The position numbers and the translations under genes were made by a program. Source: Niabella sp. 22666 (GTDB lineage: Bacteria > Bacteroidota > Bacteroidia > Chitinophagales > Chitinophagaceae). From it: a stretch of DNA of 64,000 nucleotides. The notes under the pieces were generated by a model. It saw only the letters and a program-made list of their open reading frames with translations, did not search any database and was not told where the DNA came from. Positions 10,847-19,899 of this stretch are shown here, in pieces (position 1 is the first letter of the stretch; the number at the start of each line of letters is the position of its first letter). The DNA is taken from NCBI RefSeq assembly GCF_052044285.1, contig NZ_JBQEMT010000001.1; one strand, written 5' to 3'.

Positions 10847-11452
10847 TTACTTATTGTACAATTCAACAATCAGTTGTTCCTTAATGTTCTCAGGAACGCT
10901 TTCCCTTTCAGGATAAGTGATGAAAGTACCGGTAAGAGTAGTCTCGTTAAAATCTATCCAGCTGTATTTAGGATTTTTAGGAGTAACCACGCTTGTAATA
11001 GAAGTGCGGCTTCTGCTTCCTTCTTTAATAGTGATGATATCACCAGCTTTCAATAAATAGCTGGGAATGTTCACTACTTCGCCGTTTACTTCGATGTGCT
11101 TGTGGCTCACCAACTGGCGTGCTGCAGGGCGGCTAGGCGCAATACCCATGCGGAATACAGTGTTGTCTAAACGAGATTCAAGTAATTTGATAAGGTTTTC
11201 ACCGGTAACACCTTTACGACGGTTTGCTTCTTCGTAAGTTTTGCGGAATTGTTTCTCTAAAACACCGTAAGTGTATTTAGCTTTTTGTTTTTCGCGCAAC
11301 TGCAAAGCGTATTCACCTAAAGTTTTACGTTTGCGTTTTTCACCGTGCTGACCGGGAGGGTTACTGTTTTTACCCAACCATTTACCATTACCTAAAATAG
11401 GCTCTCCGAAAATACGGGAGATTTTGGTCTTAGGACCATTGTAACGTGCCAT
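10847..11452 (-). CDS. rpsD: 30S ribosomal protein S4
   Basis: [19 protein letters not shown]... with an S4 domain. Confidence 0.95.
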   Translation of the reverse strand: MARYNGPKTKISRIFGEPILGNGKWLGKNSNPPGQHGEKRKRKTLGEYALQLREKQKAKYTYGVLEKQFRKTYEEANRRKGVTGENLIKLLESRLDNTVFRMGIAPSRPAARQLVSHKHIEVNGEVVNIPSYLLKAGDIITIKEGSRSRTSITSVVTPKNPKYSWIDFNETTLTGTFITYPERESVPENIKEQLIVELYNK

Positions 11453-11634
11453 AATATACTTTCATTTAAGCTTTTTTAGAAACCGGTACTACAATCGATA
11501 AAAAGCTTTGTAAAAAATTAATTGCGTACCCTTTTTAAAAATGAAACCGAAATGGCTCAAAAATATGTAGGATGTACGATGTGAGATGTTTGATATACGG
11601 ACCGTACAGCGTACATCTCACACCGTGCATAAAA

Positions 11635-12036
11635 TTAAACTCTTCTCTTTTTAGGAGGACGGCATCCGTTGTGCGGAAGCGGCGTTACGTCTTTAATAGT
11701 AACGATCTCGATACCAGACTGAGATAAAGAACGGATAGCACCTTCTCTACCAGAACCCGGACCTTTAACGAAAACGTCTACTCTTTTCAAACCTGCATCC
11801 AGCGCTACTTTCGCAGCGTCTGCAGCAGCCATCTGAGCCGCGTAAGGAGTGTTCTTTTTAGAACCACGGAAGCCCATTTTACCGGCACTGCTCCAGGAAA
11901 TAACCTGGCCTGTTTTGTTGGTAAGGCTGATGATGATGTTGTTGAATGTTGCGGAAATGTGTGCATCGCCGAAGGCATCTACTTTTACGATCCTTTTCTT
12001 TGCGGCGGCTTTCGCGCTTAATTGTGCTTTTGCCAT
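11635..12036 (-). CDS. rpsK: 30S ribosomal protein S11
   Basis: 133 aa; ...[39 protein letters not shown]. Confidence 0.95.
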   Translation of the reverse strand: MAKAQLSAKAAAKKRIVKVDAFGDAHISATFNNIIISLTNKTGQVISWSSAGKMGFRGSKKNTPYAAQMAAADAAKVALDAGLKRVDVFVKGPGSGREGAIRSLSQSGIEIVTIKDVTPLPHNGCRPPKKRRV

Positions 12037-12247
12037 GAGAACTGAGGTAATCTTTAAATTAAATAATAAAATTCCGTTCCGAAGCTTCGAAACAGAACCC
12101 CCAACCTACCCTCCTGCAGGCCCCGGTGCGATCCGGAGAGGTTGAGTAATAAGAAGCCATGTATAGTAAAAAAGTTAACAAGTTGATATGTTGATAAGGA
12201 AGCATAACCTCCTCGTCAACCTGCCAACCTATTAACCTGTTAACTAA

Positions 12248-12628
12248 TTATTTCTTAGCAGCTTTCTTCTTACCGGCAACTGTCTTACGTTTACCTTTAC
12301 GAGTACGGCTGTTAGTTTTTGTGCGCTGACCACGAACTGGTAAACCTTTTCTGTGACGAAGACCACGGTAGCAAGCGATATCCAATAAACGTTTGATGTT
12401 CATTTGAGTTTCGCTACGCAGTTGTCCTTCTACTTTCAGCTCTTCAGTAATGGTGGTACGAATGGCGTTAAGGTCCTCATCGTTCCAATCATTTACTTTT
12501 TTGTTACGGTCAATGTTATTCTTATCCAGAATATATTTAGCCGTAGAAGGGCCAATTCCGTAGATATAGGTCAAACCTATTTCGCCCCTTTTATTTTTTG
12601 GTAAGTCTACACCGGCAATACGTGCCAT
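12248..12628 (-). CDS. rpsM: 30S ribosomal protein S13
   Basis: [26 protein letters not shown]... Confidence 0.95.
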   Translation of the reverse strand: MARIAGVDLPKNKRGEIGLTYIYGIGPSTAKYILDKNNIDRNKKVNDWNDEDLNAIRTTITEELKVEGQLRSETQMNIKRLLDIACYRGLRHRKGLPVRGQRTKTNSRTRKGKRKTVAGKKKAAKK

Positions 12629-12735
12629 AATTTTTACTTGTTATTTTATGTTTAACGTTCAATGTTCTAACTACTTGGCTTAAGAATCGCAGTTAATAAC
12701 ACTAAACTTTTGAACCTTAAACCTTGAACTTCTTC

Positions 12736-12852
12736 TTATCCTTGTCTTTGCTTGAAGCGAGGATTCTTTTTGTTAATGATATACAGCTTTCCTTTACGGC
12801 GTACAATTTTGCAATCCGCGCTGCGTTTTTTTATGGATGCTCTTACTCTCAT
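12736..12852 (-). CDS. rpmJ: 50S ribosomal protein L36 (38 aa, below the ORF-track length cutoff)
   Basis: Reverse translation gives [38 protein letters not shown], which has the L36 zinc-ribbon signature and sits in the expected slot between infA and rpsM. Confidence 0.85.
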   Translation of the reverse strand: MRVRASIKKRSADCKIVRRKGKLYIINKKNPRFKQRQG

Positions 12853-12953
12853 CTTTATAAATTTAAATGTTCAATGTTTAACATTCAATGTTCAGGTTTA
12901 AAATTTTGGGACAACCTTAAAATGTTGAACCTTTGAACTTTAAACTTTTGAAC

Positions 12954-13175
12954 TTAGTTTTTATACCTAAAATTGATGCGCCCGCGGGTTAAATCGTAAG
13001 GCGACATTTCTAATCCTACTTTGTCACCAGGTAAAATACGGATGTAGTGCATCCTCATCTTTCCTGAAATGGTCGCTAAAATTTCATGTCCATTGTCCAG
13101 TTTTACCCTGAACATTGCGTTGGACAAGGCTTCCAAAATGACTCCGTCTTGCTTTATTAAGGGTTGTTTCGCCAT
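12954..13175 (-). CDS. infA: Translation initiation factor IF-1
   Basis: [53 protein letters not shown]... Confidence 0.95.
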   Translation of the reverse strand: MAKQPLIKQDGVILEALSNAMFRVKLDNGHEILATISGKMRMHYIRILPGDKVGLEMSPYDLTRGRINFRYKN

Positions 13176-13209
13176 AAAAATTTTAGGGGTGCAAAGATAC
13201 GGAGATTCT

Positions 13210-13217
13210 GTTAATAA
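13210..13217 (-). promoter_or_regulatory. Candidate Bacteroidota sigma-A -7 box (TAnnTTTG) for an infA-led transcription unit
   Basis: The minus-strand sequence TATCTTTG lies about 30 nt upstream of the infA ATG, directly after a terminator hairpin. Confidence 0.4.
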
Positions 13218-13231
13218 AAAAAACCTGTTCC

Positions 13232-13268
13232 GAGAAATTTCAGAACAGGCAATTCGCTATTGCAAAAT
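13232..13268 (-). terminator. Rho-independent terminator for the upstream 129-aa gene
   Basis: The minus strand reads cctgttc-tgaaatttctcg-gaacagg followed by tttttttt. Confidence 0.55.
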
Positions 13269-13349
13269 AGTGAAAAAGTTGATAGGTTGATACGTTTACA
13301 GGAACTTCCTCCTGGCATCAGCCTACATTTTTTATTTAACAGCTGATAA

Positions 13350-13739
13350 TCAGGCTTCTAACTGCACTTTAGTCATATCCAGGTGAATGTTTTGCAACTG
13401 GTGTACATAAATGGGATGGTCGAAAAACCTTCTGTCTTCCCGGTACCAGGCTTCTACTTTTGAAAAATCAGTTTCGGATGGTACATGCACCCTAAAAGCG
13501 CCTTTGCCATATTTTACCCCGTTTCCTGTTTCCAGCTTCTCAAAGCCCAGGTTGATCAGTTGTTGCTCATTGAGCGGAAGCGGTTTAATATTCTCCAGCT
13601 CATACCAAAACTCCTGTATGCCATTATCCACACACACTTTATTGTCTTCGTTGCTTACGCGTAAAACAGTGCCTTCCCTCTCAACGCCATTGTCGTTTAA
13701 TAAAATCCAGTCGCCGGTTTTCAGTTCAGATAATTTCAT
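13350..13739 (-). CDS. Hypothetical protein (129 aa)
   Basis: The ORF fills the position that secY/map normally occupy upstream of infA. I recognise no family. Confidence 0.45.
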   Translation of the reverse strand: MKLSELKTGDWILLNDNGVEREGTVLRVSNEDNKVCVDNGIQEFWYELENIKPLPLNEQQLINLGFEKLETGNGVKYGKGAFRVHVPSETDFSKVEAWYREDRRFFDHPIYVHQLQNIHLDMTKVQLEA

Positions 13740-13945
13740 GCGATATATTTTTTATAGTTTTTCAATTGCCAGATAAGGAAACGATAGTGTTCGCTTTTCA
13801 GTTGAATTTAAATGGCTTAACAATAGTATTCCTATTTAAATTTATGCCAAACCGGTTATTTGAGCAAACATTTTTTCTTAGCAAACCTATTTAATTAAAT
13901 AGATACCATTTATTTATCTTGCGCAGCAAATCAAACTAACAGGTT

Positions 13946-14608
13946 ATGAAAAAAATTTTATTGCTGACCGCAGGTGTTATTATTAGCAGCATGAGCTTTG
14001 CTCAAAAAGGAACTGTTTTAGTAGGTGGAAATGTTGAGTTTAAGAAAACAGACAACTTATTGATACTAGCCTTAACTTCCGAAACTAATGGCACCAGTCG
14101 TTCAAGCGAATTAGCGCCATATATCGGTTATCAGTTTAGCGAAAAGCTAACAGCGGGCGCTACACTTTCGGTTATATCAAGCAAGTACGAAAATGTAAGG
14201 GATGTTTACTACCCGGGAGTTGGATATATGAACTTTGAAACAACCTCCAAAGGGAAAGATTGGGTTATGGGACCTTTTTTAAGATACACTGAAAAACTAT
14301 CAGATATTTTTTCAGTATTCGGTCAGCTGGAAGGCCTTTATATGAGTGGCAAGAGAGATTGGGGTACGAAAACCAGTTCTCCGGAAAGTCCAACTCAACT
14401 GGTTAGGGAAGAAACCTCTTTTAATGGTGTACGTTTAAGATTGTTCCCGGCTGTATTTGTCAATGTGAAAAAGAACTTTGGTTTAAATTTATCTATCGGA
14501 GGTATAGAGTATCAAAAATATGGTCAAAAAGATAGCGATAAAAAGCCCAGTTCTTTTAGCCTTTCCTTCGGGAAAACTGCCAGCATAGGTATTTCTAAGA
14601 ATTTTTAA
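13946..14608 (+). CDS. Outer membrane beta-barrel protein (porin-like, small OMP family)
   Basis: Signal peptide MKKILLLTAGVIISSMSFAQ, alternating amphipathic strands and a C-terminal aromatic residue (..ISKNF). Confidence 0.65.
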   Translation: MKKILLLTAGVIISSMSFAQKGTVLVGGNVEFKKTDNLLILALTSETNGTSRSSELAPYIGYQFSEKLTAGATLSVISSKYENVRDVYYPGVGYMNFETTSKGKDWVMGPFLRYTEKLSDIFSVFGQLEGLYMSGKRDWGTKTSSPESPTQLVREETSFNGVRLRLFPAVFVNVKKNFGLNLSIGGIEYQKYGQKDSDKKPSSFSLSFGKTASIGISKNF

Positions 14609-15099
14609 TCGCCAGTTAACGCAATTGTTGCAGCGTGCATTATCAGCTTTTTAAGAAAATCGATGTGCCTGAATATAGTTACAGCAGATAATTCATCGGC
14701 CACCGAACTTTTCGAAAGGACTGCATAGGTAAAAGTATGATGCCGTTTTTTCCATTTCGCTAATGACGCATAATTGAAAAAGGATTGCAACGTTTCTATT
14801 AATACCTTATCTAGCTTATCCTTGCGTTGAGACTCCTGATACAACAGGTAAGCGGCTTCTATCAATAGCTCCAGTTGTTCGCTATAATACAGTGCGTTGC
14901 CCGGGCTACCCCTGCGCCACCGGTATTGATCATACAGCGCAGCCAGGCAAAATTCATCAAAGGCTTTTATATGCTCCGCTGGTTGGGCATAGGTAAAGAA
15001 ATCTTTAATTACCTGTAGCGGTGGTACTTTTAAAGGGTTGCCTTTATAAGTGATGGCGATGCGGTTGAGGAAGTAACCGGGATATAGATGTTTGTTCAT
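14605..15099 (-). CDS. Hypothetical protein (164 aa)
   Basis: ORF only. Confidence 0.4.
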   Translation of the reverse strand: MNKHLYPGYFLNRIAITYKGNPLKVPPLQVIKDFFTYAQPAEHIKAFDEFCLAALYDQYRWRRGSPGNALYYSEQLELLIEAAYLLYQESQRKDKLDKVLIETLQSFFNYASLAKWKKRHHTFTYAVLSKSSVADELSAVTIFRHIDFLKKLIMHAATIALTGD

Positions 15100-15535
15100 G
15101 GGAAGATATTTTATTAATTATAAGGTGTAAGAACATACACTATCTCCATATTCTGTCAAAGAACATAGAGCTTAAATCTTTTTTCCACGTTTTTTGCTTG
15201 CCCAAAAAAGTGGAGCAAAAAAGGGCACCGCCAATCGGTTGCCAGGGCGATTGGCGGGGGAATATCTATTAAGCGGTGTGCTTGGCAAATGATCTATTAA
15301 TATTTGCTTACGCACGCCGGCTTTCTACCAGTACTTGCAACTAAAACACATTTAAGCCAAACGGATGCCAAGCGGCCTTGATGCATGAGCGTAAAGAAAA
15401 TGAAGGAAGTGGAGCGTCAAAAATGCCTGCTGTCCGAGCCCGTGGAGACTAAGTAACTGCCGGTAACTCCGCGGCGAGTTTGGCGGGTTTAGGCTTACAA
15501 AATTGTTTTTAGCCAATTTTTTCACAGCCTTGATT

Positions 15536-15575
15536 TTTTTCTCCACCTTTTTATCAAGAAAAAGGTGGAGAAAAG
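15536..15575. repeat. Perfect 16-bp-arm inverted repeat (hairpin) in a 530-bp intergenic region
   Basis: ttttctccaccttttt-atcaag-aaaaaggtggagaaaa. It has no 3' U-run in either orientation, so it is not a canonical terminator. Confidence 0.5.
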
Positions 15576-15631
15576 CAAATATTGATCAACAAAGCCATTA
15601 GCATGCATACTGCTTTATCTCATTTAAGGCT

Positions 15632-16129
15632 TTAAAGAGAGGCTTCTAAAATTACTCCCGGAAACGCCGTAATGATCCGCCCCGCAGCATCTGCAATAAC
15701 CGTAACTAGTTGCGTAGCATTCCCCTCCACATCGTAGCCAATAATACTCCCCACATCCCAAACCCTTTGCTGGTAGCAGCTCTGCGGCACTGGCTTTGCC
15801 TCAGCGGCAAAAGCCTCTTTGATAATGGAAACAATGAGCCCCACACTAATGGTAAATTTACCCGCGCCGGGGTGGCGGGCCATGGGGGCATAATGGCGCT
15901 CCAGTATATGCGCCAATACCGAAGCGCTCAAATACCAGTTATTACGCAATAGCTTTTTATGCTGCTTGAGTGGTAGCTGGTAAAAGATATCTTTATGCAA
16001 TTGCTGTAGCCATTGCTCGGTATCGGCAATGAGAAATAAAATACGCAGCCATTGGGCTTCGTTAAACGGATGGTGTGGGGTAGGTGTAGTAACGGCGTTC
16101 ATAACAGGTGGTTTTAAAAGCACCCGCAC
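15632..16129 (-). CDS. Hypothetical protein (up to 165 aa), divergent from a small XRE regulator
   Basis: ORF only. An alternative start at MNAVTT is possible. Confidence 0.4.
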   Translation of the reverse strand: MRVLLKPPVMNAVTTPTPHHPFNEAQWLRILFLIADTEQWLQQLHKDIFYQLPLKQHKKLLRNNWYLSASVLAHILERHYAPMARHPGAGKFTISVGLIVSIIKEAFAAEAKPVPQSCYQQRVWDVGSIIGYDVEGNATQLVTVIADAAGRIITAFPGVILEASL

Positions 16130-16351
16130 AAAAAAGGCGTGGCGCTCAACTTACCGCATTAGAGGCCGTCGGAGCCCTGCACAGATAAGAGAGCTCACGC
16201 CTAGGTTCGTGAGCTATTCTACTTATCATCTCGTGCAGTTTGAAATTTCCGACGTTTCTAATGCGAGAATCAAAGCGAATTGCTTCAAATTAGTTTATGA
16301 AGAATCGCAAATATATTTTTATCTACCCCAAATATAAACAAATATTTTAAT

Positions 16352-16369
16352 CACGTCAAATTTGACGTG
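16352..16369. promoter_or_regulatory. Perfect 18-bp palindrome CACGTCAAATTTGACGTG, a candidate operator for the adjacent XRE regulator
   Basis: It lies about 60 nt upstream of the XRE ATG, in the divergent promoter region. Confidence 0.55.
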
Positions 16370-16430
16370 GTATTTTTTTTCATTACATCGCACCTTCACA
16401 TGAGTGAGCGTTAGAAATCCCAAATATGAT

Positions 16431-16643
16431 ATGGCTTTCGGCGAAAACCTGAGAAAGGTTAGAACTGCAAAAAAGCTGTCGCGCGAGACGCTTGGTGCCA
16501 TGGCTGGCGTTGAGCCAAAACAAATTTATTTAATCGAAGTAAAAGGGCAAAGCCCTACTGTAGCAACGCTTGTTGCTTTGGCATTAGCGATGAAACTGCA
16601 TCCCAAAAAGCTACTTGATTTTGAGTTCGAATTTGAGGAGTAA
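16431..16643 (+). CDS. XRE-family helix-turn-helix transcriptional regulator (70 aa from the ATG at 16431)
   Basis: MAFGENLRKVRTAKKLSRETLGAMAGVEPKQIYLIE is an HTH_3-type motif. The ORF-track start at 16404 is a GTG. Confidence 0.7.
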   Translation: MAFGENLRKVRTAKKLSRETLGAMAGVEPKQIYLIEVKGQSPTVATLVALALAMKLHPKKLLDFEFEFEE

Positions 16644-16780
16644 GCGCAATTAAATTTAAAGATAGTGTTATTACATTTTCGCCCCCGCTGATGTTTCTCA
16701 CCAGCAAACTCCTCACAGGTGGACAAGTTGCCAGGTTTAATCGGTTGGTGAAAAACATCCAACCACGGCAGGAGACTAAT

Positions 16781-17236
16781 TCAGGGATATTCTATTTTGT
16801 TGTTTAGAACCCTTATTAGCTGTATTGCTGGATCGTTTTCCGGTGTCAGAATCACAGGCTTGCCTAATATCTGAGATAAATTAATCATGTATTTAATAAT
16901 ACTTTCATGGTCTTCCATTGAATTTATTTCTCTGGGGTCAATATCATTTTCAATTTCTGCATCGCCGTAAAAGTGATTATTGATTCGGATTTTACCCAAA
17001 AGAATACTTGCGCTTGAACATAAGTCATGGTCTCCATTCAAATACCCCTCAACAACTTCAAAATCAATTTGTCTTTCGTTAGTTTGTGTGAGGCCGTTGA
17101 ACCACTCTATTACATAGTGTTCATTTACAAAATCAACCCACTTTTTATTGTCTTCAATATTGGTTTTAAGTACATAGATATCCCTTAAAGACCCGTCGCA
17201 ATAATATACTTTGTCTTTTAATTCTGTCCAATTCAT
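16781..17236 (-). CDS. Hypothetical protein (151 aa) immediately downstream of the antitoxin-like gene
   Basis: Its start abuts the stop of the upstream 82-aa gene with a 0-nt gap. I recognise no family. Confidence 0.45.
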   Translation of the reverse strand: MNWTELKDKVYYCDGSLRDIYVLKTNIEDNKKWVDFVNEHYVIEWFNGLTQTNERQIDFEVVEGYLNGDHDLCSSASILLGKIRINNHFYGDAEIENDIDPREINSMEDHESIIKYMINLSQILGKPVILTPENDPAIQLIRVLNNKIEYP

Positions 17237-17485
17237 TTATTCGAATATTGGTTTAGCGCCATCAGATAATACCCTGTAAAAACCTGGTCTGCGCATTCCG
17301 TTTTGTTCGGCTATTTTAGTCATACCAATTGCTTTAGCCACATTGCCGATCGCCGTTACAATTTCAGTATCATTTCCTTCTTCCAAAGCAGTATTCAGAT
17401 ACTCCGCAATCATTTCACTGCTGTCTAAATAGTCTGCTATATCAAATTTTGATGTTCCCATTTTTACTTTTTTAATCGCTCCCAA
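17237..17485 (-). CDS. Addiction-module antidote protein homolog (HigA-like, dnstrm_HI1420 / TIGR02684-type)
   Basis: FDIADYLDSSEMIAEYLNTALEEGNDTEIVTAIGNVAKAIGMTKIAEQNGMRRPGFYRVLSDGAKP aligns closely, from memory, with HI1420-family antidote proteins (Y-D/L-sxEexxaYLxxalEeGD...G.vAkAkGM...A...G..R..LYkaLS..g.P). Confidence 0.65.
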   Translation of the reverse strand: MGAIKKVKMGTSKFDIADYLDSSEMIAEYLNTALEEGNDTEIVTAIGNVAKAIGMTKIAEQNGMRRPGFYRVLSDGAKPIFE

Positions 17486-17505
17486 ATCTCTTTGCCTTTA
17501 TAAAG

Positions 17506-18147
17506 CTACTCAATTGACCTTGAATCACGATAGAGTTGTATACATATACCACAAAGCCACAACAAAAAAGCGGCGAAACTTATCTTCTGAATCACCGGCA
17601 GGTATATAATCAGTTCGTCGGTATAATAAAAATAGTTATTCAACCCTACTAATACAACATTGAAAAGACCGAATACAAAAAGGCCGTACCATTTGGCTTT
17701 ATACAATCCAATAAAAGTTCCAATGGTTGCAATAAGGCCGAAGAATGATGCGAGATTGATTACCAGGTCGTGATTTATATCCCAAAATAAAAAGAAAGCA
17801 ATGGCCATAGCTATGGCTCCCGAAACCTGTATTAAAAGCTGAAGCCTTTTGCCAACATTTATATGCCCGGGAAATAAAAACCAAAAAAGGGCGAGCGTTA
17901 CACAAAGCACCAACATGCCTGATATAGCAACCGGCTTCGCAGGATTGGGGTTACCGTTGATCGCATACTCATTTAGCAAATTACACCAGTAATTATGCCG
18001 CCAACTAAAACCAACAGCGTTTTTATCAAACTGTGATCCTCCCGGGTACAATAACGTTGCAATAAAATACAGCAAAGCAAAAATGATGACACCTGCAACT
18101 GGAGCCAATAGCAGTAGGCGTTGCGACTTATTGATCGGGTTCGTCAA
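17506..18147 (-). CDS. Polytopic membrane protein, hypothetical
   Basis: 213 aa with about 6 predicted TM helices. Confidence 0.5.
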   Translation of the reverse strand: MTNPINKSQRLLLLAPVAGVIIFALLYFIATLLYPGGSQFDKNAVGFSWRHNYWCNLLNEYAINGNPNPAKPVAISGMLVLCVTLALFWFLFPGHINVGKRLQLLIQVSGAIAMAIAFFLFWDINHDLVINLASFFGLIATIGTFIGLYKAKWYGLFVFGLFNVVLVGLNNYFYYTDELIIYLPVIQKISFAAFLLWLCGICIQLYRDSRSIE

Positions 18148-18156
18148 GCTTTAGGT

Positions 18157-18804
18157 TTATAGCGTATCGATGTTCGTTTTCTTTTTAGCTACCAATATGG
18201 TATGTATGTCAAACTCTGTTACTGATGTTTTATAAGGCACCTTAAATGTTTCTATGGCTCCAAATCCTGTTTTTGTTAATTGCGCTTTTAAGTTATCTAA
18301 ATTATGATAATTGAAATAAACCCGTCCATACCCACACGTTTTAAAGCCGGACTGAGCCGGTTCGCCTTCTACAAAACTCAGGTAGATCAAGCCCTCCGCG
18401 TTCAACATTACATAAGACTGCGATATCAATTCATCGCTTTCACTTTGTGATAAATAGGGTAAACAAAATCCACCAATAATAGCATCGTATTTGGTATCAA
18501 GCGATTTAATATCACGGGTGTCCATCACTGCAAAGCTGGCGGCAGGGTTGTTGGCTTTTGCCCGCTCAATCATATTGGGCGCGATATCAATTCCAAAAAT
18601 GTCAAAGTCGGGCCTCTTAGATAAAAGATACTTCGTGATGTTTCCCGGCCCGCATCCGATCTCTAACAATTTTGCCTGAGGCTTAATTACCGCCTTGCAG
18701 ATATAATCATAGGTTTCGTTATACAGATCAAGATTCATAAACTTGTCCTGGTAAACAGAAGCTAGGTTATTCCATGTGTCGAATGTTTCCTGGTTGTTGT
18801 CCAT
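18157..18804 (-). CDS. Class I SAM-dependent methyltransferase
   Basis: Motif I LEIGCGPGNITKYLL. Confidence 0.75.
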   Translation of the reverse strand: MDNNQETFDTWNNLASVYQDKFMNLDLYNETYDYICKAVIKPQAKLLEIGCGPGNITKYLLSKRPDFDIFGIDIAPNMIERAKANNPAASFAVMDTRDIKSLDTKYDAIIGGFCLPYLSQSESDELISQSYVMLNAEGLIYLSFVEGEPAQSGFKTCGYGRVYFNYHNLDNLKAQLTKTGFGAIETFKVPYKTSVTEFDIHTILVAKKKTNIDTL

Positions 18805-18872
18805 TGTATAGTATCTTGAAATTTAGTCTAACTTTTTTATACCAAGTAAAGATGTATAAAGTTTCGGTTCAC

Positions 18873-19715
18873 TTAGCTTCCACTCTTATCTTCCGTTTTC
18901 ACCAGTTTCCCCTTTTTCCAGGTTTCTACTTTCGTAACGGTGCCTTTGTCATTTAAAAAGTATTGTTGGTTTTGTGGAATGTTATTTTTTATTATGCCTT
19001 CAAAGCGGGTATTGCCGTTTTCATAGTATTCTCTAAAAACTCCTTCTTTTTTCCCGGCCCTGTAATTGCCCTCCATTTTTACAAACCCGTTGGCCCAGTA
19101 TTCCACGTATCTACCGGTTGGCAGCCCGGCCTCATTAACGGTTTTTAAACATCTAAGAATTCCTGTCTCATAATACTCCGAAATATTTTCTTTAAATGCA
19201 TTCGTTTTACGACCCTTGTCATCTATTTCCTCCACTCTTGTGGTGCTCATTTTCAAAGTTCCGCCAGGGTAGTATTCCTGTAGTTGGATTAAAGTGCCGG
19301 CATTATAAAATGCACGCTCCAGTAGCCTGCCTGCAGAATCATAGACGAGCTCCTGCCCTACATTAATACCACAATGAAAGTTTTCAATATTTTTAACCGC
19401 CCCATTAGCGTAATAACATTTCCACTCTCCGTTTTTAATGCCTTTAAGAGGCTTCGTTGCATTGGCACCTACATCACAAAATGGAGCTCGCACAATCGCT
19501 ATAGAACTGGTACGGTAACTGCAATTTTTAAAGATACCTTCCGACGCTTTATTGCCGTTTTCATAGTACGAAATAAATGTACTATCATACCGGTCGCCCT
19601 TTACAAAGCCGCGCGAAGCAATCTTACCATTATCGTAATATTTAACCAGGGGTGTTTGTGCCAGACCCTCTGTCGCTAAAAATATAAATGTGGGTAGTAA
19701 AAGCAGCAACTTCAT
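18873..19715 (-). CDS. Secreted MORN-variant repeat protein (YwqK-like family)
   Basis: Signal peptide, then repeated YYENGNKASEG / YYANGAVK / YWANGFVKMEGNY / YYENGNTRFEG units. Confidence 0.6.
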   Translation of the reverse strand: MKLLLLLPTFIFLATEGLAQTPLVKYYDNGKIASRGFVKGDRYDSTFISYYENGNKASEGIFKNCSYRTSSIAIVRAPFCDVGANATKPLKGIKNGEWKCYYANGAVKNIENFHCGINVGQELVYDSAGRLLERAFYNAGTLIQLQEYYPGGTLKMSTTRVEEIDDKGRKTNAFKENISEYYETGILRCLKTVNEAGLPTGRYVEYWANGFVKMEGNYRAGKKEGVFREYYENGNTRFEGIIKNNIPQNQQYFLNDKGTVTKVETWKKGKLVKTEDKSGS

Positions 19716-19899
19716 ATGATAGCAATTGATAGTTTAGAAATTTTGGCAGCGTATAGCCAAAAACAGATTTGCTAATATAGCCATTTTCCTGCTTTAATAA
19801 TCCTGGCGGTGAATGCTATACCTATTTAATAAAGTTCTTTTATACCTGCGCCATACAGAACATTTATCGGAATATACACGCAACCGCTCAGGCGGGTTG

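Noticed and set aside
10771-12953. Tandem short repeats, considered as a CRISPR array
   Set aside because: The units are 7-14 nt with no spacers or cas genes. They are far too short and few for CRISPR.
15536-15575. The perfect hairpin read as a rho-independent terminator
   Set aside because: The U-run lies 5' of the stem and an A-run lies 3' in both orientations, so it does not fit the canonical terminator geometry. I kept it as a structural repeat instead.
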